Source: Lytechinus pictus
Lineage: Eukaryota
Direction: 5' to 3'
DNA: 64,000 nt
Assembly: GCF_037042905.1 (NCBI RefSeq)
Contig: NC_087251.1
Coordinates: 19,408,001-19,472,000 of the forward strand
Shown here: piece by piece, positions 1 to 12,938 of the stretch
Layout of the letters: each line of letters opens with the position of its first letter
Position numbering within the stretch: position 1 is the stretch's first letter
The notes under the pieces: model-generated
Seen by the model: only the letters and a program-made list of their open reading frames with translations
Database searches by the model: none
What the model was told of the DNA's origin: nothing
Made by a program: the position numbers and the translations under genes

Positions 1-2047
1 CATAAGTTGAACATTGTCACGGGCCTCGCGACCCAGATCTGTACATACTGTTGAGCCTTGCCCCGACAAAAAGAAAAACGGGTCAGCCATTTGCACAGTT
101 CTGCATACTTAAAAATCAGAACATATGTGCACAATGCAAACAACAATAATGCATCAAAGATAATAATACATAAAACATCCAGGCTGGGCTTGTAAGGCGT
201 ATCAAGCTGTAAAATTGACAAACATTAATAATGTTCTTTTTATTCAAAGCTATATTACTTGTACATAATGACTTTAACCCTTTATCTATTTTTTAAAGTC
301 AGTATATATCAATAAACATATGACTGAGCCATTAGTGCATAGTCTCATTGCAAATCAAGTTTGCAAGATTGAATCATTTCAAAGTATTTAATAAAGGTAC
401 CAAAACAATAAAGGGAAAAAATGTAGTAAGGGGTTAAAAAGGCATGGTTCCTCCTTCCCATCCAAACAATCACTGACTTTCAAAACAAATGAGCTACTCA
501 CTATGACTGTAAAATCTAATGTCAAACTTTTATCATTTTAAAGTTAAATTTGTGGCTTTCTTGAACTAAAGATAGCAAGACATTTTGCAATTTACAAATT
601 ATGTGAGCATAGAATAAATGAACGTGAACTTTCTTATTCACTAACAATAGAAGATGAAACAAAAAATTAGTTCATAGTTTGATGCCCTTCCAGAGGAATT
701 ATTTCTCTTCCAAACATAAATTCAAATATGTTTTATCAAAATATTCATCTTTGAAATGAACCCCTTGCTTTTAAGATTTTAGGTAAACCTACTTTAACAG
801 TTACAATATTGCATTATCTAGAGAACAAAAACAGAGTGAGAAGTGAAAACTGATTACAAAACATGTTTGATGCTGTGATAATTCTACAAGTCAATTAAGC
901 CTATTCAACGATGTTGACTTTTTAAACAATTTGCAGTTCTTCATTCGTAGATGAAAACACGTTTCTTTGAATAAACTCTAATCTGCACCCAAAATACCAA
1001 GAGTTTCGCAAGAGAAATATTGTCACAAAACATTGTTGAAATAGTCAAAGCCTGCTCGTTATAAATCTGCATGTGGAAATTCTTACAAATAATGTTTAAA
1101 ACTTGTTGCTTACAGGCATTTAGTTGATTAGAAATAAGACTAGTTAGATGCAGCTGAAACACTTGCTCAGCCTTGACTCATTATTTTTAATCAAATCTTT
1201 AGAAAAAAAAGGAGTTGTGTTGCAGGATTATAGGATTCTGGATGACTCATAGAGATGTAGGTTTCAGCCACTGGTCAAAAAGCGGATATTTTCTTCAAAG
1301 ACTTTAATAGTATTAACCTCATTTATATGACATTCATAAATGTATGTGTGAGGGCTCATGCCATCACTTAGTTCCTAATTGACACACAAGTATGGAGCAC
1401 AAATTGGCATCAACGATCTAATCATTGATATTGCTTTTTTTTCATTGTAGTCCCATATGAAGCTAATGATTTGAATACAATATATTAAATGAAATTAACT
1501 CATAGAGTCCACCAAAGCACCAATTCTTTTCGCTAAATTAGAGACAGCACTGCTAAATACAAAAGCACATTATTTTTCTTCATAAGTTATGGATTATCCT
1601 CGGGGGAAATAAAGAACATTCAAGATTTTCCCTTTTAATCTAATTCAATTGGAAGATTTTCCATTTCATTTGTATCTGTTAAATTTTTTGATTGAAATAT
1701 ATGACCCCTTCCTCCCACAACAACCCACCTTTCAAAAAAACTTGTTATTCTTGTCCCAAAATAGAAATTCATATCAGAGTTCATTCACGAATTTGAAACT
1801 CTTGACACTTGATAATGGATCTCCTTACTTTCACAGAATGTATTATTCTTCACTGCATTTCCAGTTCAAACAGCAATGGTTTAAATACAATAATCTATTA
1901 ATAAATTGATCCTAAATAACACAAGAGACAAAAAAAGAAAACATCAAAGAAAAGAGCTCCATATGACACTCATACCTATCTCTCCTATGACAAAACATTG
2001 TGCTGGTGTTGCTCATTAACAGACAACAAATATTGAGGAGATATTAG

Positions 2048-3767
2048 TAGGAGTGGGCTATACATGGGTCAAAAATACTTTTTTTGTAATTTCAATATGA
2101 CAACAGTTTTTTTTTATTCCTTGTAATGTATCTCAACATGAAATGACAATATTTTTTGTCTCGGGTCCGAGAAAAAAGTGTGCCGGGCCAAAATCCAAAA
2201 TGGCCGCCAAAACCCCCCAAAATCACAGTTTTGGCCACATCTTCGTTATTTGGTGGTCTTTTTCTCTGGTTTTGGTGTCTATTCATATGTTTTTTGGGGC
2301 AGGCAATTTGTTTTTCCTATGATTAGTACTTTTAAACCATTATTTGTAGAGTTAAAAAGGTAATTATACCTAAATTTTCCAATTTTTATAGTCTTTTTTC
2401 AGCAAAAAAGTAGGTTTTATCGTCCTGGGGTTCTTGGATATTAGATGGTACGAGGTCAACAATAGAAAGCAGCTTCATATAGCTATATTGCTTTTATTCC
2501 TCTACTTTGGGTTTTACGGATATTTGTGAAATATATATCTTATTGAATAAAAAATTTCAATTATCCATTGGGCCTATACAGTATATGTATACAACAATGT
2601 ACTGTACATACTGCACTGCATAAATGCATTGGCCACCATGACAGCTAACAAGGCCTGTATAAACTATAGTGTCATAGAAATGAGCTCTCAGGTTTAGAAT
2701 TAGATGCCTCAGAAATTGAAGATATGTTTTGTCTCAGAAATTGAGGGCATTTTGTCAAATATTATGCTAATTCAGGGGGCGGAGAGAGGTAATTAACCCC
2801 ACATCATGGCATTTACACTGTAGCTATTCTGGTCCCCGTTGCATAAAAATTTACCATTATGTTAACTTAACTTAATGGTAACTTGCATGGAATCCTTGAT
2901 TCTGATTTGCTGTTGATCAGCGTTACCATGATAGTTAATGGACCCCATAAATATAGGCCAGTTTAGACACCACAACCAGGTAAAAAAAGCCTCCAAATGG
3001 AGAAGATATGGTTAAAAATGTGATGTACGTATATGATATACATGTATATGTGATATTTTTGTGCAATTTACATTGCTGGTTTCATCATGTATTATGCATC
3101 AGCTGACAAGCAATCAAATTCACAATCTAATTCTAAACATTAGGAGCTCATTTCTATGACACTATAGTTTATATACAGTCCCTTTCATATGTCATGGTGG
3201 TCAATGCATGGATATATGCAGTGTAGTATGTACAGTGCATTGTATACCATATAGCTCCTATGGATAAATGACATTTTCTTTTATTTGATAAGATATATTT
3301 TGCAAATATCCATAAAACCCAAAGTAGAGGAATAAAAGCAATATAGCTATAAGGCTACATGCTACTGTTCAACTGGTATCGTCTATATTCAAGAACCACA
3401 TAACGATGAAACCTACTTTTTGGCTGAAAAAATGGCTTTAAAAATTGGTAAATTTAAGTAAAATCACCTTATAACTCTACAAATAATGATTTAAAAGTAC
3501 TAAGTTTAGGAAAAACAAATTACCTGCCCCCAGAAACATATGAATAGACACCAAAACCAGAGAAAAAGACCATCAAATAAAAAAGTTGTGGCCCAAAATG
3601 TGATTTTGGGGGGTTTTGGCGGCCATTTTGGATTTTGGCCCGGCACACTTTTTTCTCGGACCCGAGACAAAAAATATTGTCATTCCATGTTGAGATAAGG
3701 TAAAAAGAACACAAAAAAACTGTTGTCACAGTAAAACAAAAAATCACCCATTTATAGCCCACTCCTA
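2048..3767. mobile_element. Foldback-type non-autonomous DNA transposon with ~660-bp inverted arms
   Basis: Starts TAGGAGTGGGCTATA (2048) and ends TATAGCCCACTCCTA (3767). Arms ~2048-2705 and ~3125-3767 are reverse complements; ORFs 2178+ and 3520- share CRAKIQNGRQNPPKS. ATATTAG directly flanks both ends (2041-2047, 3768-3774). No transposase. Confidence 0.9.
2829..2948. mobile_element. Possible small degraded MITE in the foldback spacer
   Basis: TGGTCCCCGTT...AATGGACCCCA imperfect inverted ends with internal TTACCAT/ATGGTAA motifs. Confidence 0.3.
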
Positions 3768-6700
3768 ATATTAGGCACTATCAACTCCTAATGTGTCACC
3801 CTTAACATCATTCCTTAGGAAATTCTATCAATACTCTGATCTGAATTGTTCTGCAAGAACCCATGAAGAAATGTAAAGGAGGCGCTCAAGGAAGGCTTCC
3901 CTACCCCTATCTCTCTGATCCTTTCTCACTCTTTCTCCATGACGAAGAAACATTTTTATCATTATATAAATGATTGATTGTTTTGGAGGTATGAGTCATC
4001 CAATTTTGGCAGAACCAAAACTCATTAAACCTTGTCATCATGTCTTTTTGGGGGTTTTCTACATTTGGTGTTCTTGATATGAAAATATTTCTCAAAATTG
4101 ATTTTGGTTGAATCAGGCACCATAGTAATCAATGAATGATTAAGTTCTTTATTGACAAAAATAAATCCTCTCAACATCACTGCATTCTTTTGAAAGAAAC
4201 AAATGCAATGTCAAAAGTGTTAGATGAGAACTAAGAAGTATATAGCTCCGCATCTGAGCATTGATTTTGGCTCAGTTTGTGATTATCTGATTTGGAAAGT
4301 TTGGCTTTTAAGTAGTACCACACTGTGTGTCTTATTTTCTCAATTGACAATGAAGTGCAGGAGAATATTATGACAGAAGTAAGTCTAGAAGTGAGTTTGA
4401 TTTCGGTAAAAAGAAAAAAATATGTGCTCATTATTCTTCCATTCAGTCAAATACATGAAAAGGAAAAGTCAACATTTCCTTCAATAATCTTTGCTTGAAA
4501 TGCTAAATTCATATTTCCGAGATCCTTATTCATTTGTGCCAACTGCATTTTTTGTTTCTTTATACAGACAGGGGCTATTATTTTTGAGGAATAATCTTTT
4601 TGACAGTATTGATGGTACCCTCTTGCACCTTTGTAATAATAAAATTCTAAAAGTCAATGTTACTGCAAATTAAAATGAAAAGAGAGACAGTGAGCAAGAT
4701 AGAAAAAGAGAGAGAGGTGGGGGGGGGTGGTGGATAAAATGCAAAGTACAACATTCTCCTGATCATTAATGAATTTTGTACCTAAAACCCACGGGACATT
4801 AAATAATCTAATTAATTACATTCACGCTGTACAGCAAATGGGATTTGACCAAGACAATCACATCACCAGCTACATGTCAAAAGCAAAACCTATCAAGAGC
4901 CAAACTGAACACACCTTCAATATTAATTACAGGTATGCATTTTGATTAAAGTGGTAAACCTCTTCACTCTCTACTCAATGCAATTAGATTACCAGCTTTT
5001 TTCATATAAAATACATACATGCTTGAAAAATTGTTGCAAATTGCAATGACGGAATAGAAAAGGACCTCAGTCGCCAACTGGACTCAGTGCCAGCTGCAGG
5101 TTTCTAAAGCCCCAAATATCTCTTCTATACCCCCACTTCCAATGAGCATTCAGGACAGGGATGGCCAGGGGAGAAGCAAGAGAGGAAAAAAGAGGAAGGG
5201 AAGAGAAGAAGGGAGAGAAGGAGGGAGTGTGCTCGCCACTTGCACAAGCCACTGCTGAAGTTCTAGTCCATGGTCATCATGCATCAGTGACCCACTACCA
5301 GACAGTCCGTTGTGTCTGTCTATTGCCTGGCTTCCAGACACTATTGTCTAACTAAACCCCAGGGTAGGTGGATACCCAATCAGCGCTATATGCATACTAC
5401 GGACACACACACACTTCGTCCAGAAGAACACATGCACATCAGCTATTTACGCAAAAAATCACACTCAGCTCAGTCATACACACACTCTCGCACCCCCACC
5501 TATCGCTAACCTAGTTTAGTAGACCATAACAATGAAAGCGTGCATCATATTTACTGGTAGGTGGTTATTCTATTCCTTATTTTTTGTCACTTTGGTAGAC
5601 AAACCAGAGTCCATGTTTGGTCCATCAAATGCCAAGAGGAAGAACATAACACTGATTATTAATGATGAGATATCGGTAAATTTAGACAGTGAGAATAAGA
5701 ATAGTCTTTCCACCAAAGTCCTTTCTTATCATACTTATATTTCATTTGAATCAAATCTATATTTTCTTTTGAACTTACAATAGACCTGTGTATTATGAAG
5801 GGAGGGCATACAACAGGGTATAGAAAAGGGCCAGCGCATTGGGCAATAAGTCTTGATCAACAACAATTCCCTCACCGGGGTCGGAGGGTCATTTAGGTCA
5901 CGTACATGTGCCTTTACCCAGAACTTTACTTAAGGGGCTTTTGTTAAAGTATGTGTATGTAAAGCTTGGTAAAAGGCCTATGATATAAATCATACTTAAG
6001 TATCATCTCGTATTTTAGTCTTATAAAAGTGTAGTGGCTGTTTATTCTTTGTGAAAAAAGAAATATTTTTAATTTCTGAAAAAAAAATTAAGGAAAAACA
6101 ACAAAATTTATCAAATAAAATACATTCATATTCTATATCTTCCCCAATATGGCCGTTTTAGGACAAACACAGAATAGCTGTTCTCCATACACGTACACAA
6201 TGAGGGATTTGCATAAAACAAATTCCAACTAATGCAGGAAGACAGACAAAAAGTATGAATTTGGTTTTGACCAGAACAAAGAAAATTAAAAGTCAAACCA
6301 AAGGGAATAAATATATTAAGGCAACAACAACAACAAACAATGTATATTTCGTTAAGTATAGGCCTCTACAGTATGTTGTTTAAAGACAGGATACATATAA
6401 GCATATTCTAAGCAGGTTTCTTCTTGTTTTTGAGGCATGTATAATGAGTAAAGTCTAGCAATTCCCTGGCCTGAACTCTCCAATCCCATCCAATAATGCA
6501 ATATATAATAATTAGTTTGTGTTGAGGTATATTTTCCACCATAGTCATATAATTTTTTAAGAAAAACCTTATCACATTACCAAAAATTATTGTGAGTCAA
6601 AGAGGTACATATGAACAGAAATCAGTCATATTTACCCTTTTAAAAAACCCAACAAATCATCTCAATGATCACTTAGAAACAATATGGTAAAACTCATACA

Positions 6701-7166
6701 TATACCTTAACATTCTTTTTCTCAGAAATCTTTGATATATTTACAACACACTGTATTGTGAGAAACAGAGGGTCATGAAAAATGATAATCAAACCATTAA
6801 ATCCAACAATGCACATGTCAGTACTCACATCACTACCAATGAAAAAGTACATGTTCCCTCTAAATCTATAGAAGAGGTATGTTGCACAATGCATGTCTCA
6901 TTCGTTCTAACAAGAAGACACTTTATCTTTACATTTACAGGGACACGGACATGATGGCTTAATTATGATAAAAAGGACAAAAATTAAGAAAAAAAAACTT
7001 ACATGAGAGAACATTTTCATCATTTTGAAAAGTGCAAGCAAGGAGTAAAGACCCCTTGTGATTTAATAACTACATCATACTTGAGAAGGAGGGGGTTGAT
7101 GAAGGGGGAGAGGCAGTTCTGAGGGGTTTTATCTTATTCTTGCGTTCAGTCAGGCATGTGAAATAC

Positions 7167-7269
7167 CTTTATTCTCACGAAGAAATTCATACCACTCGTC
7201 CAGTCTGTACACTGTACTTTTTCTATCCCTGTCGATCGGGCGGTGGTGGTGACGATGATCGAGAGGCAT
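7167..7269 (-). CDS. Candidate alternative first coding exon (MPLDHRHHHRPIDRDRKSTVYRLDEWYEFLRENK + 1 nt, phase 1)
   Basis: ATG at 7269, 34 open codons + G, then donor AAG|gtattt. Lies in a CpG-retaining islet, has the same phase as the MSRRKQ exon, and has no good upstream acceptor. Confidence 0.45.
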
Positions 7270-8779
7270 CCCAGAACTACACAGACCTACATTTTTATTT
7301 CACCACTTCCACTCTTAGAATAGCAGGTCTATCCCACACACATGGAAAGATCTTTGTGCAAGATTGTTATTTTGATGAATAAAACAAGGAGTAAAAAGGA
7401 AAGAAGGTGTACTTTCATCCCTTTTTCTGCATCATTTTATAGCAATGAAATAAGATTAAGTACTGCACGTCTCCTATTTTTGCATAATTCCAAGCACTTT
7501 TTTATGGTCATTCCTGGCAAACCTCTCTCCTCCTTTTGGTAGACCACAATTGCAAAATGTTCCTGTATCTCTTTCAATTTACTTCCACATGTATTCACAT
7601 TTTCCGTTCAAGCAAGTAACTCCCCTAAGAAGAACAGAAGCAAACAAGAGTTAAAGATAGAAGGGCCTCGGAGGAGAAAAAGTAAGTGGAAAGCTGGGAT
7701 GGCTTGACTTGGAGACAAGAATCAATGATATCACCAACAATGGTATCAAGGATTCTCCCTTTGCCTATCCCCTCTCTCAAATACATCAAGCTTAACTATA
7801 CCAGAATGCATCACCACATTCAACTCAAACCAAGAAGACGGTAAAATTCTTCTTAATTTCATTTCAAATACAAGAAAACAGTGGGTTGAGTGACTTTAAT
7901 GGTGTTCTAAAGTCAGGCATTAAATCCTCTTTGCATATCACAGAGATGGCTAGTGGTTTTCGTATCAGGGTTGGACTGCCATATTAACAGAAAATGAGAT
8001 CTTTTCCACTTCATTCTGGTCTCCAGTTGAGATGAACTTTTGGAAAGCGTTATGAGTGCATTGACATGCCACTCTTTGTTTATACATTTCATACATTTAT
8101 TTGGCTTGTAAAGCTCAAAAAGCTCAAAATCGGAAAGACCATTTTATTCAAATGTTTAATTTAAACTAGATAGTTGTTATTTTCTTAACATTGGTCTGGT
8201 GAATTCAAAGTTAAATTAGACCACACTTTAATATAGTTATCTGTTGCCAACCCTATATTTGAGTACAGATGGATTTAACCCTGATGATACATTTAACAGT
8301 AATAACAGAATTTAGAAGATTTTTTTAAAGTATATAAGTGGAACTCATTGAATAATTTCAAAACAGTATTGTCATGAAAGGCATGCAGATAAAACCCTAT
8401 AGCATTCCATGTAATTCTAACAACTAAAATTCCAGTCTAATCTTCAGTTAACCGTGTTCATTTTGAGTATAATACCACATCGCTTCATGTAGTGATAGTG
8501 TAAGGAGTAGCTTACTAATTCCACATCCTAATGCAACATTTTTGAGGGAGTCAAGAGAATAACTACATACATCAAAATAAAAGTTGCATTAGACTTTATT
8601 AAGTGAGGAATCTCAATGAGCGGCGAATGCTTGCGAACATAGCGAACCTGAATTTTTTCCAGGGTTTGCTAAAGGTTTCAAGAAAGTTCCATGACCAGTT
8701 TTTACTGTTGCAAACAAACAAAATTATTTGCAAAAACTATTTTTCCACAGATAGTTTCTACATTTTGCAAAACAAGACA

Positions 8780-9229
8780 AGCCGCCCTTTCACACAGTAA
8801 AAAAAAATTGTAATTTGAATGATGATTCCAGTGAAAAATAAGGCTGTTGTCGAATTTTTAGAACATGTGAAACCAAACTAGGATCACAAACGCTAATAAC
8901 AATCAAATTCTACTCCGGAGCTGAATTCCAGTTAAGTTTCACTCAAATTACGGTACAAATTTTGACGTGTGAAAGGTTGTACCTCCAAAACATCTTTTGG
9001 GGGCGGACCTTACGTGTCCTTTCAAGTACTTCCGTAGATGAATACAATTGTCATGCACTCATCGTATCAATGCAGTGCTTCGGTCACCAAGGACACATAC
9101 CGCCTTTGCTCTGGAATTTAAATTCAAATCACAGTATTCGAGTGAGCGTGTAAAAGGTCCGATGATTCTAAAGACGAATTGCAATCATTATTACAATGAT
9201 GATTCAAGATTCACGTGTGAAAAGGTCCT
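8780..9229. mobile_element. Degraded PIF/Harbinger-like MITE
   Basis: Left AGCCGCCCTTTCACAC versus right GTGTGAAAAGGTCCT. The GTGT(G/A)AAAGG motif recurs internally at ~8968 and ~9148. Confidence 0.45.
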
Positions 9230-10591
9230 AAGTCACTGAAGTTCTCTTTTACCCCAATGAAAGCAACCAAATGACCACATGGCTCCTGTATACAATCATC
9301 CCACTGATTAAATGTACGTCAAATGTTGAACATCTTTGCAAACATGCATGTTTTTTTATGTTTTGAATCAGTTCGCAAATAGGTCTTTATATCACAAACA
9401 AACATTTGTAAGAATTTGCAACGTGACAGTGACACTCGTAACACTCGTCAGAGAAGTTGGTGAATCCAAAATTAGCTCCAATCATAAGCATTTGCCACTC
9501 AGAGTGAGATTTTCTTTTTTCAGTTGACAAGGAATGATGCATCTTTATAATTGAATTAATGGCTTATTCATAGCTTCATTAATACTTTTTACTTTCTTTT
9601 AAAATTACTATCAGAACACAAAAGGGGGGGGGGGGAGTTGTCACACATCTATAATGAAATGAAATAGAAGCATGTTTTTAACTAACATCGTGGTACATTA
9701 CATGTAGACATCATGTCTTACATAAAGTCGTAAATCTAACCATCCCCAAAAGAATCCTTTACCTGAGTTGTAAAACTGAGTTTTGTCTAGCATTGGTTCA
9801 TTCTTCTTTTATGAAATAATGATCATCATTGAAACTCAACTTGTACCGTGTACTTATTAGCCCCCACATACATGCTATAAACAATATTTAACAAATTAGT
9901 GCCTGCTTTACAGCCATGAATTATCAAATATGAATATAAATGTACAATTTTTTTTCTCCCCAATATTTTGTCTTTACCCAGCGAGGACAAGGATGAATCT
10001 TAAAGGTACACGCAAATGCATAGAAATTGCATTATTGGTGACATGGGAAAGAGGACACACAGAGTGTTGCATGAAAAGAGAGCAAAACATCTAAGAAATA
10101 AAAGAGCAAAATCAACATAAATTAATGATTCAATAATCTAATAAATGTGCTAAAAAAGGGTTCAATTGTAATCATAAGGTGAACAGACAATAGATAAGGC
10201 ATGGTAATTTTTTGGTAGAATATTAAAATGAAAGAGGGGGGGTGAATACACCGCATTTTTTAATGCAATAAAAGGGCATGGGACAAGATGTCCTCATTCA
10301 TTGTAACAATGCATCAAAACCAGCATGCACAATATCCACATTGATTCGGTCACTTTGCAGTATAATGCGTTTCATGACTCCACCAGTGATCCCAACATTC
10401 ACAAATAATACAATTAGCATGAAGTTTTGCACACGGTAGGGACTACGAGATCATGAACCCAGGTGAGTTTGATAAATCTGGTGATCTTTAAATGGAACAT
10501 CATCAGTATCAGCCTACAGTATTAGGAGAAATTCTGTACCTGTAAAGAGGCTGATGGCACTTTCAGTGTTTTGCCAGGCAAAAATGGGACA

Positions 10592-11420
10592 TACTGTATA
10601 AGCTGTTATTTTTTGGGGGGTTTTAATTTTGCAGATTTCGTGAATTGCCGATCGGCCGCGAATTTAACAACACGCGAAAATATTGACACATTTAATAGTC
10701 AGTGCCAATATCCCCAACAGCAAAGCTTTGCGATTGAAAACAACCTGAGTAGTGAAAAAATTGAGATATGCACCTCTATATGTAGAAAATAATGTTAGTG
10801 ATTAAAAAAGTTAGCTAGAATTTCATTTGTTTTTATTTCTCAAACAAAATCAGTGCCTAAATTATTTTCTAACATAATTATATCAATATTTATTCACTCA
10901 CTGTAATATCACAAAGTAATTTTCCATGAAATAATTTGATTTTATTGTCATCTAATTGACTATATACACATGTATTGGCAGATATTTCAATACTAATTAA
11001 TATTCACAAGTCACATGACCAAAGCTTAAGATTCTGTTCACAAAATTCAACATTTTTGCACTGAAACCAACTTTTTAAAAAGTGAATCTAACAAAACACA
11101 ACTTGAAAAGATTACTCTTACAGATCAAACTGTGACACGATGAATTTTCAGATCTAAAGGTACAAAAAAGTGAAATTTAAGCCACTTTTTCCACACTTTG
11201 TAACTGTTTTTACAGGGACATATTTATGTACAATAGACACATCAGCATAGGGCCTTGAAGAGCATAGTTTTGCACATGATTTGCACTAGTTTTGCTTCTT
11301 TGAAATGCAGTGGAATTGTTTCGTACATCTTCAGATCGCGAATTAAACAACCCGCGAAAATGACGGGACCCCCGCGATTTGCGAAAAATTCTATACGCAA
11401 AAATAACAGCTTGTACAGTA
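10592..11420. mobile_element. Non-autonomous TIR element with TA-flanked CTGTA termini
   Basis: TACTGTATAAGCTGTTATTTTT (10592) versus AAAAATAACAGCTTGTACAGTA (ends 11420), 21/22 inverted match. Subterminal CGCGAATT.AACAAC.CGCGAAAAT occurs at ~10657 and ~11337. Confidence 0.85.
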
Positions 11421-11720
11421 CCTCTTTCTAACAGTGTCAGCTGCAGAGCTACACCAAAGACAGAAACACAATGGGATTTCAGTACAAAAGCACTGGTGAA
11501 CTTGTAAGAACAAGAGATCAGCCATGTTAAACCAAACTGAAAACTCTGTCTAGTGTTGTTACATTCTACCAGTGTTGTGATTCTTCATCATTTGTAATCA
11601 TGAGGAAATTATTTTACTTCAAGTTTACTTTAATTTTACCACTCCAAATGCAAGGCCTCTCCAAAAATCAACCACGTTTGCTACAACCACGAGGTGCCCA
11701 TGACTTCCACAAGTGTCATC

Positions 11721-12050
11721 CAAAGAACAGTATCAGAACTATGACCTGCTGGCCCCTGGAACCAGATGGTCCCCATACAAAGCCTATGTGAACTACAGAC
11801 TTCAGTAGTCAATGGATCAATCTACCAGGATCAATCAGATCCTCAGATCGGATGCAAACTTATCTATTGCAAAAACAGACAGCTCTACGAGAGACACATA
11901 TCAACAGGTGTCCAACAAAGAACAGTATCACAACTGTTAACCGGTTCACTGCTGAAACTGAGGGTTCTTGTATAAAGCCTTAGGGGAAAATAACAGTAGC
12001 CAATGGGTTAATCTACCAGAATCAATCTATGATATCTGATCGATGCATAA
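11721..12050 (+). repeat. Diverged tandem duplication, ~195-bp period
   Basis: CAAAGAACAGTATCA at 11721 and 11916, each followed by AAAGCCT and CAGTAG.CAATGG...AATCTACCAG.ATCAATC. Confidence 0.75.
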
Positions 12051-12916
12051 TTTAATGCTCAGATAGGTCTTCGAACATAATTTCATGTCTACTAAAGAAA
12101 TACCATCCAGTTTCACTGGAGATTTGCACCCATAGAAAAGTAAAAGGATTATTTTTGTGGGGGGTATCTTTTAACTTCACTTGATATATCATAAATATTT
12201 TGTCAGTGAACAGAAACCAAATTTATTCACTACTAAACACAATTTCCATAGGCTTTGTACAGGGACCACCTAGTTTCAGTACCTGTAGGCAACGCATGAA
12301 CCCATTTACTACTGGTACCATTTGGTTCCTCTACAAAATGCATAAAATTGAAAGAAATCAATAGTCAACAAGTTAACGTTTACTATAAATGATGAAGAAA
12401 CAAGTTCCTTGTGATCTCTTGTAATATAGAATTGCTGAGAAGAAAACCAAGTAGAACGTAGCAACAAATACATATATTACTTATGAGTTTAAAATGATTT
12501 CTGGTGAATATGCTGCTAATTTGGAAGATATATGAAAGAATTTTGAATTTGCAGAACTTGGTAGATATCACAGACCTGATAAATGATTCAGAACTTTATA
12601 CAGACATAAAAGATAATAACACAAGTACTAACATCTAAGTAGGTCTTGGTTTATGAGAAATGAAAATGTATGAAAAATAACAGTGTAAAATGTACACTTA
12701 TATCCCATGTAGTCAAGAACCTAGTTCGATTGCCATAGAGGAAAGGTGCATTTTCCTCCAGCACAGGAGCAGTCAATAATTTTTTGCCAAGTCCAGCTCG
12801 CCTTTGGGGTGAAATGATTATTCCATTCCACTTCTGCTAACCGCAGTGGCGAAGTTCACGAACTGGTCAGCCCAGCCCTAATAATATATGTCCAGTGATT
12901 CATGACCCTACCATAC

Positions 12917-12938
12917 CGGACAATGGCGGCTGCCTCAT
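12917..12938 (-). CDS. Candidate alternative first coding exon (MRQPPLS + 1 nt, phase 1)
   Basis: ATG AGG CAG CCG CCA TTG TCC G|gtatgg, with an in-frame upstream stop, inside CpG islet 12720-12985. Confidence 0.25.

Noticed and set aside
4804..4814. Paired-class homeodomain P3 site TAATCTAATTA
   Set aside because: Expected by chance in AT-rich DNA; unsupported without conservation data
9763..9793. MLDKTQFYNS + G|gtaaag phase-1 mini-exon
   Set aside because: Good donor but no CpG islet or promoter features, and upstream out-of-frame ATGs; chance match likely
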